From assembly GCA_963745745.1 (NCBI GenBank), contig CAVUYS010000006.1, positions 4,503 through 68,502 of the forward strand: a DNA stretch of 64,000 nt, written 5' to 3'. The DNA is from an uncultured Spirochaetota bacterium. Lineage in GTDB: Bacteria; Spirochaetota; Spirochaetia; SZUA-6; DRHE01. Position 1 is the stretch's first letter; every line of letters begins with the position of its first letter. The notes beneath the pieces were generated by a model, which saw nothing but the letters and a program-made list of their open reading frames with translations, searched no databases and had not been told where the DNA came from. The position numbers and the translations under genes are program-made. Below are positions 48,096 through 57,937 of this stretch, one piece after another.

Positions 48096-48107
48096 CTACC
48101 CTGCCTC

Positions 48108-48926
48108 ATGCTCGAAAGCTTCCTGGTGCTGTTCCGCGAAACCCTGGAAGCCGCCCTGGTGGTCGGCATCGTCCTGGGCTACCTGGCCCGCACGGGACAG
48201 ACCCGCTACCGCCTGACCGTCTGGGTAGCCGTGGCCGCGGGGGCGGCGGCCAGCGTGCTCATCGCCTGGCTGTTCCAGCGGCTGGCCGGCGGGTTCGAAG
48301 GCAGGGCGGAGCAGATTTTCGAGGGCCTGGTCATGCTGGCCGGGGCCGCGCTGCTCACCACCCTCATCGTCTGGATGGCCGGAAAGCGCGACGCGGCGGT
48401 CAAATTGGAGCACGGGGTGGAGCGGCACCTGGCCCCCGGGGGCAGCCACGGAGTCGGGCTGTTCCTGCTGGTGTTCCTGTCCGTGGTGCGGGAAGGCGTG
48501 GAGAGCGTGATCTTCCTGGGGGCGGCGCGCTTCGGCACCGGATCGGGCAGCCTGTGGGGGGCCCTGGCCGGCCTGGCGGCCGCTTCGCTGCTGGGCTTTC
48601 TGCTGTTCCGGGGAGCCGTCCGCGTTCGCCTGGGCCTGTTCTTCACCGTGACCAACGTGCTGCTGCTGCTGTTCGCCGCCGGACTGGTGGCGCACGGACT
48701 GCACGAGCTGGTGGAAGCCGGCTGGCTGCCGGCCCTGGTGGATCCGGTCTGGGACCTGAACCCGCTGCTTCCGGAGCAGGGCCTGCTGGGCAGCCTGCTG
48801 CGGGGCCTTTTCGGCTACAACGGGAACCCCAGCCTGCTGGAGCTGCTGGGCTACGCGGCGTACGCGGCCGTCGCGGCGTCCTTGTGGCGGAGCCTGGCGC
48901 GCAAGCGCCGGACGCCGGTCAACTGA
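48108..48926 (+). CDS. FTR1/EfeU family high-affinity iron permease
   Basis: Intact 272-aa multi-TM ORF with two REXXE motifs (RETLE at the N-terminus, REGVE mid-protein). Confidence 0.85.
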   Translation: MLESFLVLFRETLEAALVVGIVLGYLARTGQTRYRLTVWVAVAAGAAASVLIAWLFQRLAGGFEGRAEQIFEGLVMLAGAALLTTLIVWMAGKRDAAVKLEHGVERHLAPGGSHGVGLFLLVFLSVVREGVESVIFLGAARFGTGSGSLWGALAGLAAASLLGFLLFRGAVRVRLGLFFTVTNVLLLLFAAGLVAHGLHELVEAGWLPALVDPVWDLNPLLPEQGLLGSLLRGLFGYNGNPSLLELLGYAAYAAVAASLWRSLARKRRTPVN

Positions 48927-48982
48927 AGGATTTGCGACACCCTCACCCCCGGACATCCCTGACCAGATTAGTTATGAAAAAG

Positions 48983-49011
48983 TTGACACTCTGCCCGTAT
49001 GCTTCTATGAT
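48983..49011 (+). promoter_or_regulatory. sigma70-like promoter TTGACA-17-TATGAT
   Basis: TTGACA 48983-48988 and TATGAT 49006-49011. First ATG downstream is 49025. Confidence 0.5.
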
Positions 49012-49024
49012 GGTCGAAACTGCC

Positions 49025-50521
49025 ATGATACAAGAACTGTTGCGCGTAGAACGCGTGAACAAGACGTTTCCCGGAGTCCATGCCTTGAAGGACGTGAGCC
49101 TGAAGATCGGCAGGGGTGCGGTGCTCGCGCTGGTCGGGGAAAACGGCGCGGGCAAGTCCACCCTCATGAACGTCCTGTCCGGCATCCACCAGAAGGATTC
49201 GGGGAAAATCTTCATCGAGGGCCGCGAGGTCACGATCCATTCTCCCCTGCACTCCCAGCACCTGGGGTTGAGCATCATCCACCAGGAGCTCAACCTGGTG
49301 CCGCATTTCAGCGTGGCGGAAAACATCTTCGTGGGCCAGGAGAAGAAGCGCGGCGGCATCTTCCTGGACAGGACCCGGACCCTGCGGGAGGCGAAAACGG
49401 TCCTCGACAGGGTCGGCCTCGCGATCGATCCCAACGTCCTCGTGCGCACCCTCTCCATCGCCCAGCGCCAGATGATCGAGATCGCGAAGGCCCTGTCCCG
49501 CAATGCCAAGCTCATCGTGATGGACGAGCCCACCTCGTCCATTTCCGGCCGCGAGATCGAGCGGCTTTTCAGGATCATCAGGGACCTGAAGGCGAACGAC
49601 GTGTCGGTCATCTTCATCTCGCACAAGCTGGAGGAGGTCTTCGCGATCGCCGACCGGATCGCCGTCATGCGGGACGGGGAAATGATCGGTGAGCTGGACT
49701 CGAAGCAAAGCACCCCGGACGCCGTGATCCAGATGATGGTGGGCCGCGAGATCACCGACATCTTCCCCAAGACAGCGACCGGTACCGGAGAAGAGCTCTT
49801 CGAGGTGCGAAACCTTGTTCGGGCCGGGCAGAAGCAGCCCCTGAGCTTCTCCCTACGACGGGGCGAGATCCTCGGATTCTCGGGGCTGGTCGGCGCGGGC
49901 CGCTCGGAGCTTCTCCAGGCCATCTTCGGCATCGACGCGCACGAATCGGGGGAGATCCTGCTCGAGGGCAGGCCGGTCAGGATCGGGAGCCCGAAGGATG
50001 CCATCGGGTTGGGAATCGGGTTCGTCCCCGAGGACCGCAAGCTCAAGGGTCTCATGCTCGGCCTGGCCGTGAGGGACAACATCTCCATCGCCAGCCTGGA
50101 CAAGATCAGCAGGCGCGGCGTGGTCAGGAACGGCGCCGAACGGATCTCCGTCGATGAGTTCATCCAGAAGCTCAGGATCAAGACGTCGGGCCGCGACCAG
50201 CTCGCCCTGCACCTGAGCGGCGGCAACCAGCAGAAGGTCGTGCTCGCCAAGTGGCTGGCCATCAGGCCGAAGATCCTCATCGTCGACGAGCCGACGCGCG
50301 GCGTCGATGTCGGGGCGAAGAAGGAGATCCATGCCATCCTGAACATGCTGGCCGGCGAGGGGGTCGCGATCATCATGATCTCCTCGGAGCTGCCGGAGAT
50401 CCTCGGGATGAGCGACAGGATCATCGTGATGCACGAGGGCCAGATCACGGGGGAGCTCCTCCGCCGGGAGGCGACGCAGGAGAAGATTCTCACCCTCGCC
50501 CTGTCCAGAGAGACGGCGTAG
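49025..50521 (+). CDS. sugar ABC transporter ATP-binding protein (two NBDs, CUT2 family)
   Basis: MIQELLRVERVNKTFPGVHALKDV…GENGAGKST…LSIAQRQ…GLVGAGRSE…LSGGNQQK…. Start chosen downstream of the promoter; in-frame ATGs also exist at 48974, 49007 and 49010. Confidence 0.85.
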   Translation: MIQELLRVERVNKTFPGVHALKDVSLKIGRGAVLALVGENGAGKSTLMNVLSGIHQKDSGKIFIEGREVTIHSPLHSQHLGLSIIHQELNLVPHFSVAENIFVGQEKKRGGIFLDRTRTLREAKTVLDRVGLAIDPNVLVRTLSIAQRQMIEIAKALSRNAKLIVMDEPTSSISGREIERLFRIIRDLKANDVSVIFISHKLEEVFAIADRIAVMRDGEMIGELDSKQSTPDAVIQMMVGREITDIFPKTATGTGEELFEVRNLVRAGQKQPLSFSLRRGEILGFSGLVGAGRSELLQAIFGIDAHESGEILLEGRPVRIGSPKDAIGLGIGFVPEDRKLKGLMLGLAVRDNISIASLDKISRRGVVRNGAERISVDEFIQKLRIKTSGRDQLALHLSGGNQQKVVLAKWLAIRPKILIVDEPTRGVDVGAKKEIHAILNMLAGEGVAIIMISSELPEILGMSDRIIVMHEGQITGELLRREATQEKILTLALSRETA

Positions 50522-50551
50522 CGCACACCATCGGAGAGAAGGTAGGTACCA

Positions 50552-51553
50552 ATGCAGACGGCAAAGGGAGACGCCCCGGGGACACTGCCGGGCGCAAAAC
50601 CCAGCTTCATCAGGAGGGTGAGAAACGCCTCGTCCTTCGGGATCGTCGCGATCCTCGTGGTCATGTCGGCCATCCTCTCGGTGTCCACTTCCCAGTTCCT
50701 GACGTCGGAAAACCTGCTATCCGTGTTCCGGCAGTTCTCCTTCATCGGGATCATGGCCATCGGGCAGGTGATGGTCATCATCACCGGCGGGATCGACCTG
50801 TCGGTCGGCTCGGTCTTCGCCTTCGCCGGCGTCACCAGCGCGTTTGCGATGACCAAGTTGGACCTGGGGGTCCCCGTGGGCCTGCTCGTGGGAATCGTCT
50901 CGGGGCTGGCCTTCGGCCTCATGAACGGGCTTTTCGTCACGAAGCTGCGCCTCCCGCCCTTCATCGCCACACTGGGAACGTTGAGCATCGCGCGCGGCCT
51001 CTCGTACGCGCTGACCGGCGGTTTCCCGATTCCTGACCTTCCCCCGGCGTTCAAATTCATGGGCCAGGGCTACATCAGCGTCATTCCCTTCCCGGTCATC
51101 CTCCTTGTCGTGCTGGGCCTCATTTTCACTTTCTTCCTGAGGCAGACCGTCTTGGGCCGTCGGATCTACGCCACGGGGAGCAACGAGGAAGCCGCGCGGG
51201 TCTCGGGCGTCAACACCTCCAACATCAAGATCCTCGTCTTCGCGCTGTCGGGAGTCCTCGCGGGAATCGCGGGCATGGCCACGGCCGCGCGCCTGGGAGT
51301 CGCCCAGTCCACCGCGGGGGTGGGCTACGAGATGGACGCGATCGCCGCGGCCATCATCGGTGGGGCGAGCGTGACAGGGGGCGTGGGGACCGTGCTTGGC
51401 TGCATCCTGGGCGCCGCGATCATGGGCGTCCTGAAAAACGGGCTGATCCTGCTCAGCGTCTCTGCCTACTGGCAGCAGACAGTGATCGGCGTGGTCATCA
51501 TCATCGCCGTGACCTTCGACCTTTTCCGCCAGCGCTCGCGGATGGGGAAATGA
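50552..51553 (+). CDS. sugar ABC transporter permease (RbsC-like)
   Basis: Intact 333-aa multi-TM ORF with …RRIYATGSNEEAARVSGVNTSNIKILVFALSG…. Confidence 0.9.
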   Translation: MQTAKGDAPGTLPGAKPSFIRRVRNASSFGIVAILVVMSAILSVSTSQFLTSENLLSVFRQFSFIGIMAIGQVMVIITGGIDLSVGSVFAFAGVTSAFAMTKLDLGVPVGLLVGIVSGLAFGLMNGLFVTKLRLPPFIATLGTLSIARGLSYALTGGFPIPDLPPAFKFMGQGYISVIPFPVILLVVLGLIFTFFLRQTVLGRRIYATGSNEEAARVSGVNTSNIKILVFALSGVLAGIAGMATAARLGVAQSTAGVGYEMDAIAAAIIGGASVTGGVGTVLGCILGAAIMGVLKNGLILLSVSAYWQQTVIGVVIIIAVTFDLFRQRSRMGK

Positions 51554-51636
51554 TCGGTGAGCGGCACCCGTTTTTCTCTTCCATTGCCGTTACAAGCGGA
51601 GTCAACGCTTGGACGATACTACAAAAGGAGGAACAC

Positions 51637-52590
51637 ATGAAGAGTGTTCTGAGACGAGTCGGGCTTGTGCTAGTGATTCTCATCCTCTCGAGCTTCGCGG
51701 TGTATGCCGCGGGTTCGAAGGAAGTGACGATCGCGGTCGTTCCCAAGGCGCTGGACAACGCCATCTTCCTCGACGCGAAGGACGCGGCCGAGAAGACGGG
51801 CAAGGAGCTGGGCGTGAAAATCCTGTGGGTCGGCTCGACGAAGTCGGACGCGGCCGAGCAGGTCAGCGTTCTCGAGGGCCTGATCCAGAAGAAGGTTGAC
51901 GGCATCCTGGTGAGCTGCAACGACGCCAACGCGCTGAAGGACGTCATCGATCGCGCCATGGACAAGGGCATCAAGGTCGCGACCTTCGACTCCGACTCCC
52001 CGGACAGCAAGCGCCTGTTCTACGCCGGGACCGACAACTATGGCATCGGCAAGCAGGCGGCAGAGTTCATGAAGGAACTCCTCCCCAGGGGCGGCAAGGT
52101 TGCCATCCTGACGGGCGTCCTGGGCGCGCCGAACCTTGAGCAGCGCATCGTCGGCTTCCGCGACGGCGTGAAGGGCACGAAGATCCAGATCCTCCCCGTC
52201 CAGACCGGCGAGGACGACGTGCAGAAGTCGGTCGAGGTCGTCAACCAGTTCACCGCGGCCAACAAGGACCTGGCGGGCTGGTTCTTCGACGGCGGCTGGC
52301 CGTATTTCGCCGACGCCGAGGCCCTGAAGGAGATCAAGACCTTCATGGGCAAGGGTGGCAAGATCGTCAGCATCGACACCTTCTTCCCCATGCTGAAGTT
52401 CGTGCAGCTGGGCATGGTCGACAAGCTGATCGGCCAGAACTACGTGGCCATGGGCACGATCGGGATCCAGGAGCTGTACAAGGCGATCAAGGGCGAGCCC
52501 CTCACCAAGGGCGAGATCATCGACACCGGCTCGGAAGTCGTCGACAAGAGCAACGTGGACCAGGTTCTCCCCACGAAGAAGCCCTGGTAG
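51637..52590 (+). CDS. sugar ABC transporter periplasmic binding protein
   Basis: AAGGAGG RBS, signal peptide MKSVLRRVGLVLVILILSSFAVYA, PBP1 body (…IAVVPKALDNAIF…KVATFDSD…). Confidence 0.85.
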   Translation: MKSVLRRVGLVLVILILSSFAVYAAGSKEVTIAVVPKALDNAIFLDAKDAAEKTGKELGVKILWVGSTKSDAAEQVSVLEGLIQKKVDGILVSCNDANALKDVIDRAMDKGIKVATFDSDSPDSKRLFYAGTDNYGIGKQAAEFMKELLPRGGKVAILTGVLGAPNLEQRIVGFRDGVKGTKIQILPVQTGEDDVQKSVEVVNQFTAANKDLAGWFFDGGWPYFADAEALKEIKTFMGKGGKIVSIDTFFPMLKFVQLGMVDKLIGQNYVAMGTIGIQELYKAIKGEPLTKGEIIDTGSEVVDKSNVDQVLPTKKPW

Positions 52591-52622
52591 GAACCCCTCC
52601 GGGACTGATTCGGACTGATGCT

Positions 52623-52663
52623 GAGCCGCCGGGTGCAGAGATGCGCTCGGCGGCTCTTGTATT
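52623..52663 (+). terminator. rho-independent terminator of the ABC operon
   Basis: Perfect 9-bp stem GAGCCGCCG/CGGCGGCTC (52623-52631 / 52648-52656), 16-nt loop, then TTGTATT. Confidence 0.6.
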
Positions 52664-52722
52664 CCGGGATTGCTCTCTCGCCGGCGCGGCTCAGCGCGCC
52701 CCGACCGAGACGGGGCGGCCGC

Positions 52723-53331
52723 TCAGGCCAGGCCGCGGCGCCACAACGCACGCACCCGCCGCGCGGCGCGCCCGCGGTGCGAAAGACGGTCCTTTTCCCG
52801 GTCGCTGAGCTCGGCCACGGTGCGCCCGCGCTGCGGGAGGAACACGATCGGGTCGTAGCCGAAACCGCCGCTCCCGCGCGGCTCGTGGGCCAGCGTGCCG
52901 CGGCAGATTTCCTGGGCCGTGAAAAAGCGCGGCTCCTCGATCACCAGCGCGATGCAGCACACGAAAAAACAGGAGCGATCCGGCAGAGCCTCGGCCCTGG
53001 CCAACAGCAGCCGGCAGCGGTCCGCGTCGCTGAGCTTCGCTCCGCCCGGCTGCGAGCCGTAGCGCGAGGAGCGGATCCCCGGCTCCCCGCCCAACGCCGC
53101 GACCTCCAGCCCGGAATCATCGGCCAGGACCGGCCGCCCCACCAGCGAAAAGAGGTGGCGGGCTTTGCCCAGGGCATTGTCCAGGTAGGTGGAGCCGTTC
53201 TCCTCGAAGTCGAAAGCGACCCCCAGGTCGGAGGGTGTGAGCAGGCGCACGCCCGGGAACAACCGGGTGAACTCCCGGACCTTGTGAGCGTTGTTCGTGG
53301 CCACCACCAGCTCTCTACCCATCCTGCTCAT
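52723..53331 (-). CDS. rdgB: non-canonical purine NTP pyrophosphatase (RdgB/HAM1 family)
   Basis: Intact 202-aa ORF. LVVATNNAHKVREF…ENGSTYLDNA…ADDSGLEV…GEPGIRS…GSGGFGYDPIF-like …SHRGRA. Confidence 0.85.
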   Translation of the reverse strand: MSRMGRELVVATNNAHKVREFTRLFPGVRLLTPSDLGVAFDFEENGSTYLDNALGKARHLFSLVGRPVLADDSGLEVAALGGEPGIRSSRYGSQPGGAKLSDADRCRLLLARAEALPDRSCFFVCCIALVIEEPRFFTAQEICRGTLAHEPRGSGGFGYDPIVFLPQRGRTVAELSDREKDRLSHRGRAARRVRALWRRGLA

Positions 53332-53379
53332 GGGGCCGTATTGTAGCCGCTTGCCCGGCCCGCTCCAAGCCCCGCGCGC

Positions 53380-54240
53380 TTACGCGGCCTTCGGCCCGGC
53401 CTGCTGCCGGCGCCGCAGCGAGTACAGGGCCGTATCGATCGTGCCCTTGGGCAGGCCCAGCGCCGCGGCGATCTCCCGGTTGCTGGGCGTCAGGCGCACG
53501 GCCGCGATGCGCCGTTGACTGCGGCACAGGGCGCGGCGGGCCTTGCGCAGGCGCAGCTCCAGGGCCTCCCGGCGACGGGGCTCCGTCTCCCGCCCCAGCT
53601 CCTGCTCCAGCAGGCACAGCGCGGCGAAGGCTCGGGTGCGGCGGGCGGCCAGCAGCTCCAGGCGGCGCTCGTGGGGTAAAAGAGCCTGCCGCAGCCGGGC
53701 GCCGGTCTGCTCCAGCAGCTCCGGGTCGACCTGAGCCAGCTCCGCCAGCTCCCGCAGCTCCTCCGCGGACAGGGTGCGCACCTGCTTCAGGGCCCAGGCC
53801 AGCAGGCGGTTGCGCTCCCCGCGGCGCACCGCCCCGCCTCCCTCCTCCAGGCGGAACAGGCCGGACGCCCGGCGGCGCATCCCGGGCGGCTCGGGGGGCG
53901 CGGGCTCCTCCCGCAGCGCCGGCGGCTCCCAGAAGGCAGCCAGGCTTCCCGAGGTCCACAGGCGCTCCCGGCGCCGCCGGGTCCGCACGTAGGCCAGGTA
54001 CTGCCAGCGCAGCACCGATTGCAGGTACCACTCGAAGGGCTTGCCCTGCTCCCGGAAGCGCCGCAGGGTGCGCACCAGGCGCGGGTAGCACAACAAGTAA
54101 AACTCCCCCGCGTCATCCTCGCTGCGGCTGCCCCGCAGCCGCGGGTAGGCGTACACCCTGGCGGAGAGCAGGGAGAGCAGCTCCTCCAGCCCCTGGCCAG
54201 TGGCCTGGAAGCGGAGCACCTGCTCGTTGAGCTCGGCCAT
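53380..54240 (-). CDS. hypothetical regulatory protein with sigma-70 region-4-like C-terminal HTH
   Basis: AAGGAGG RBS. 286 aa, Arg/Glu-rich. The C-terminal LTPSNREIAAALGLPKGTIDTALYSLRRR resembles a sigma region 4.2 HTH. The N-terminal part is only loosely region-2-like. Confidence 0.45.
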   Translation of the reverse strand: MAELNEQVLRFQATGQGLEELLSLLSARVYAYPRLRGSRSEDDAGEFYLLCYPRLVRTLRRFREQGKPFEWYLQSVLRWQYLAYVRTRRRRERLWTSGSLAAFWEPPALREEPAPPEPPGMRRRASGLFRLEEGGGAVRRGERNRLLAWALKQVRTLSAEELRELAELAQVDPELLEQTGARLRQALLPHERRLELLAARRTRAFAALCLLEQELGRETEPRRREALELRLRKARRALCRSQRRIAAVRLTPSNREIAAALGLPKGTIDTALYSLRRRQQAGPKAA

Positions 54241-54385
54241 GCTGTTCCTCCTTTAGCGGCAGGAATAGCAAACGCCGTGCCAGCGCGCGCGCGCCCGCGA
54301 GGGGTTCAGGAAGGGGGATTTACGTTCGCTTACAATTCAGGGCCAGCCGGCAGGCAGGTCGCCGGCAGCGGCAGGGCGCGGCCGC

Positions 54386-55379
54386 TCAGCCGGCCAGCAA
54401 TGGGCCCACCCCGGCCAGCACCGCGCGGCGCACCTCGCTCAAGGTGCCGGTCAGGGCGCAGCCGGCGGCCCGGGCGTGCCCGCCGCCGCCCATGGACTGG
54501 GCCAGCTTGCCCACGTCCACCCGGCTGGCCGAGCGGAAGCCCACGGAGAAGCGCCGCGGGGCCTCCTGGCGCAGGAACACGATCACCTCGGCATCGGCCA
54601 CGCTCTGCAGCACCCGGTACACCTCGTCCGAGCCGCGGGCAAAGGAGGCGCCGGCGTGGCGGAAGTCGGCCAGGGTCCACCAGGTCAGCAGCACCTGCCC
54701 GTCCAGCAGGCTCTCCGCCCGGCGCAGGGCCTCGGCCAGCAGGCGCACGCGCGGCAGGGTCCAGCCGGCGTGGATGCGCCGGTACACCCGCTGCGGGCTG
54801 GCCCCGGCCTCCACCAGCCGGGCCACCGCCTGCATGGCCTCGCCGCTAACCTGTCCCGGTCCCAGGTGGCGGAAGAAGCCGGTGTCCGTGCACAGCCCGA
54901 ACAGCAGCAGCTCGGCGTCTTCCGCGGGGATTTTCTCCCCCAGCGACTCCAGCAGGAGCTGCACCATGTAGGCCACGGCCGGGGCGGAGGGCTCCACCCA
55001 GCGGACCGTGCCGAAGGGCTGGCCGGCGGCGTGGTGATCGATCACCAGCACCGGCAGGCCGGCTACTGCCGCCTCCAGAGCGGGCCCCAGGCGGTCCGCG
55101 GTGGAGCAGTCCACCACCACGGCGGCGGCCCGCCCCGAGGCCGTCCTCGGGAGCCGGCGGTGGAGCATCGACGCGGAAAAGAGACTGGAAGCCCGCCACT
55201 TCCGGCCGGTCGAAAGGTCCCTGGTCGGCCAGCACGACCGTCTTGCCGCGGCGCTCCAGGAAACGGGCCATGGCCACGGCCGAAGCCACGCAGTCCCCAT
55301 CGGGCTCCATGTGCCCGACCACCAGGTAGCGGTCGTACCTGGTCAGGAAGGCGGCGACCTCGGCAGGCGCGCGGATCAT
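54386..55379 (-). pseudogene. nrnA: DHH/DHHA1 phosphoesterase (NrnA-like), one frameshift as assembled
   Basis: MIRAPAEVAAFLTRYDRYLVVGHMEPDGDCVASAVAM… in one frame. …VVVDCSTADRLG…LVIDHHA…GLCTDTGFF…MGGGGHARAAG (DHH and GGGH motifs) in another. Shift near 55130. Confidence 0.8.
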
Positions 55380-56543
55380 AGCTTCAGCAGCTCCATCTGC
55401 GGCCGGCCGCCGGTGACCCGCGCGTCCCCCCCGCGAATCAGCACGTCCACTTCGCAGCGGATCCCGAAGCCCGGCAGGTACACCCCGGGCTCCACGGAAA
55501 AGCAGGAGCCTTCGATCAGCCGGCGCGGATCGGGGAACTCCACCGAATCCAGGTTGGCCCCGTAGCCGTGGAGCTGGGCGTCGATGGCGTGCCCGGTGCG
55601 GTGCTTGAGGTGCTCTCCGTAGCCCGCCTCCTGCAGCACGGCGCGCACCCGGCGGTCCACGTCGGCCCCGGCCGGCTGCTCGCCCCGGCCCAAGGCCTCG
55701 CGGATGAACCGCAGGCCCTCGTCCCGGGCCCGCGCCACCGCGGCGAAAGCCCTCTGCACCTCGTCTTCCGCCCGTCTTGGCCAGGACCCCCACCCAGGTG
55801 ATGTCCGCGTACACGGAACCGGCGCGCGTTTGCCGAGCCCACAGGTCCAGGAGCAGCACCTGGCCGGATTCCAGAAGAGCCCCTCCGCCCGGCGGAGGCT
55901 CGTAGTGGGGGTCGGCGGAATGCCTGCCCACGGCGACCACCGGCGGGGACTCGGTTTCCAGGCCGCGGGCGCGGAACTCTTCCAGGATCCAGGCCTGCAC
56001 CTCCCCCTCGGCAAGCGGCCGGCCCGCGCCCAGCTCGGCGCCGAGGCGCTCCCAGACCCCGGCCACGATCGAATACAGGTGCACCGCGGCGGCCTCATGG
56101 CTGCGGGCGCCCTCTTCGTCCAGGATCCCCAGGAAGCGCTGGATCAGGGCCTGGGAGGAGCGCAGGGTGAAGCCGCATTCCTCCAGCAGTTGGGTGGTGC
56201 CGTGGTCCAGGTAGGAGAGCATGGGCAGCTGGCTGGAGTACTGGCAGGCCACCGGCCCCAGCCCGCGGGCCAGCTCCCGCAGGCCCGCCAGGAACTGCTC
56301 CCGGGAGGCGTAGGCGAGCCTGGTCCCGGGCAGGGAGTCCAGGATGCGCTCCTCGATGGCGTGCACCAGCTTGCGGGGCTCCCCCTGGGCGGGCACCAGG
56401 TACACCCAGGGGCGCGTGTTGTGCACCGAGTCGGGGATTCCCAGAATGCGATCGGAGATGCGGTCGCGGTGCTGGAGGTTATAGAATAGCCAACCGCCGA
56501 GGCCCTCCTGGGCCACGGCGTGCTGGGCCCGGGGCAGGTTCAC
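55376..56543 (-). pseudogene. M24 family Xaa-Pro peptidase-like protein, one frameshift as assembled
   Basis: N-terminal part (…LLDLWARQTRAGSVYADITWVGVLAK) and C-terminal part (AEDEVQRAFAAVARARDEG…HRTGHAID…SVEPGVYLPGFGIRCEVDV) are in different frames. Shift near 55770. ATGA overlap with the nrnA-like start. Confidence 0.75.
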
Positions 56544-56549
56544 AACGGG

Positions 56550-56942
56550 TCAGTACTTTATATCGAGGGTTTCCCCGCCGAAGGCGGCGTTGGACGCCTC
56601 GGTCTTGCGGAGAATGCCCCAGGTCAGGTCCTTGACGTCATCGATCACGTACAGGCGGATGAAGTCGAACTTGCCGTCCCGGTAGAACGCCGAGAAGTAC
56701 GGGTAGCTCGGCTCCTTGCCGAATACGATCTCGGCCTTGCCCCCGGACTTGGACAGCCAGCGATGGGGGATGTAGAGCTCGTCCACCTGCATGCTGCTGC
56801 GCATGTAGAGGACCTTGTAGCCCTCCGGGTGGCTCAGGATCTTCAGGATGGGCACGGTAACCACGTAGACGTTCGGCAGCTCCTGGCCGAAAGCCAGAAA
56901 CCCCAGCATCAGCAGAAGCAGACACGCTATCGCCCTTTTCAT
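56550..56942 (-). CDS. secreted hypothetical protein
   Basis: 130-aa ORF with signal peptide MKRAIACLLLLMLGFLAFG. No family recognised. Confidence 0.55.
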   Translation of the reverse strand: MKRAIACLLLLMLGFLAFGQELPNVYVVTVPILKILSHPEGYKVLYMRSSMQVDELYIPHRWLSKSGGKAEIVFGKEPSYPYFSAFYRDGKFDFIRLYVIDDVKDLTWGILRKTEASNAAFGGETLDIKY

Positions 56943-56998
56943 AGGCCGCAGCCTCCTACGAATGTATCGGCATCCATGGCCATTTTCACCCACCCTTT

Positions 56999-57937
56999 TT
57001 ACAGGGTGGCCAGCATCAGCGCCTTGATGGTGTGCTTGCGGTTCTCCGACTCGTCCCACACCCGGGAGGCCGGTCCCTCGATCACCTCCACGCTGACCTC
57101 GTTGCCCTTGACCGCCGGCAGGCAGTGCAGGAAGATCGCCTCCGCCTTGCCGGTGGCCTTCATCATGTCCCGGTTGACCTGGTAGGGGCGCAGGAGCTCC
57201 AGGCGCTCCTGGCTCTTGGCCTCCTCGCCCATGGAGACCCACACGTCCGTGTAGACGGCGTCCGCCCCGCGCACCCCCTTGGCGATGTCGGCGGTGATCT
57301 CCAGGCGGCTGCCGCTGGCCTGGGCCCACTCCCGGCACTGCTTCACGATCTCCTCCTCCGGGTGCAGGGAGGCGGGGGCCACGATGGTGAAGTCCACGCC
57401 CATCTTGGCGCAGCCCACCAGCAGGGTGCGGGCCACGTTGTTGCGCCCGTCCCCGGCGAAGGCCATCTTGACCCCCTTCAGGCGGCCGCAGGCCTCCTCC
57501 AGGGTCATCAGGTCGGCCAGCACCTGGGTGGGGTGGTACAGGTCGGTCAGGCCGTTCCAGACCGGCACGCCGGAGTAGCGGGCCAGGGTGTCCACGGTGT
57601 CCTGCTTGAAGCCGCGGAACTGGATGCCGTCGAACATGCGCCCCAGCACCCGGGCGGTGTCCTCCACGGACTCCTTGGCCCCCAGCTGGATGTCGGCGGA
57701 GGACAGGAACACCGGGTGGCCGCCCTCCTCGCCGAAGGCGGTCTCGAAGGCGCAGCGCGTGCGGGTGGAGCGCTTCTCGAACAGCAGGGCCACGGTCTTG
57801 CCCAGGAAGCGCTGGTGCACGTTGCCGGACCTGCGCTCGCGCTTGACCTGGATGGACAGGTCCAGCAGGAAGCGGATCTCCTCGGGGGAGAGGTCCTTCA
57901 GGGTCAGCAGCGACCGCCCCTTCAGGTTGAACGCCAT
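56999..57937 (-). CDS. argF: ornithine carbamoyltransferase
   Basis: AAGGAG RBS. 312 aa with STRTR, HPTQ and HCLP motifs. Anabolic versus catabolic role cannot be decided from sequence. Confidence 0.9.
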   Translation of the reverse strand: MAFNLKGRSLLTLKDLSPEEIRFLLDLSIQVKRERRSGNVHQRFLGKTVALLFEKRSTRTRCAFETAFGEEGGHPVFLSSADIQLGAKESVEDTARVLGRMFDGIQFRGFKQDTVDTLARYSGVPVWNGLTDLYHPTQVLADLMTLEEACGRLKGVKMAFAGDGRNNVARTLLVGCAKMGVDFTIVAPASLHPEEEIVKQCREWAQASGSRLEITADIAKGVRGADAVYTDVWVSMGEEAKSQERLELLRPYQVNRDMMKATGKAEAIFLHCLPAVKGNEVSVEVIEGPASRVWDESENRKHTIKALMLATL

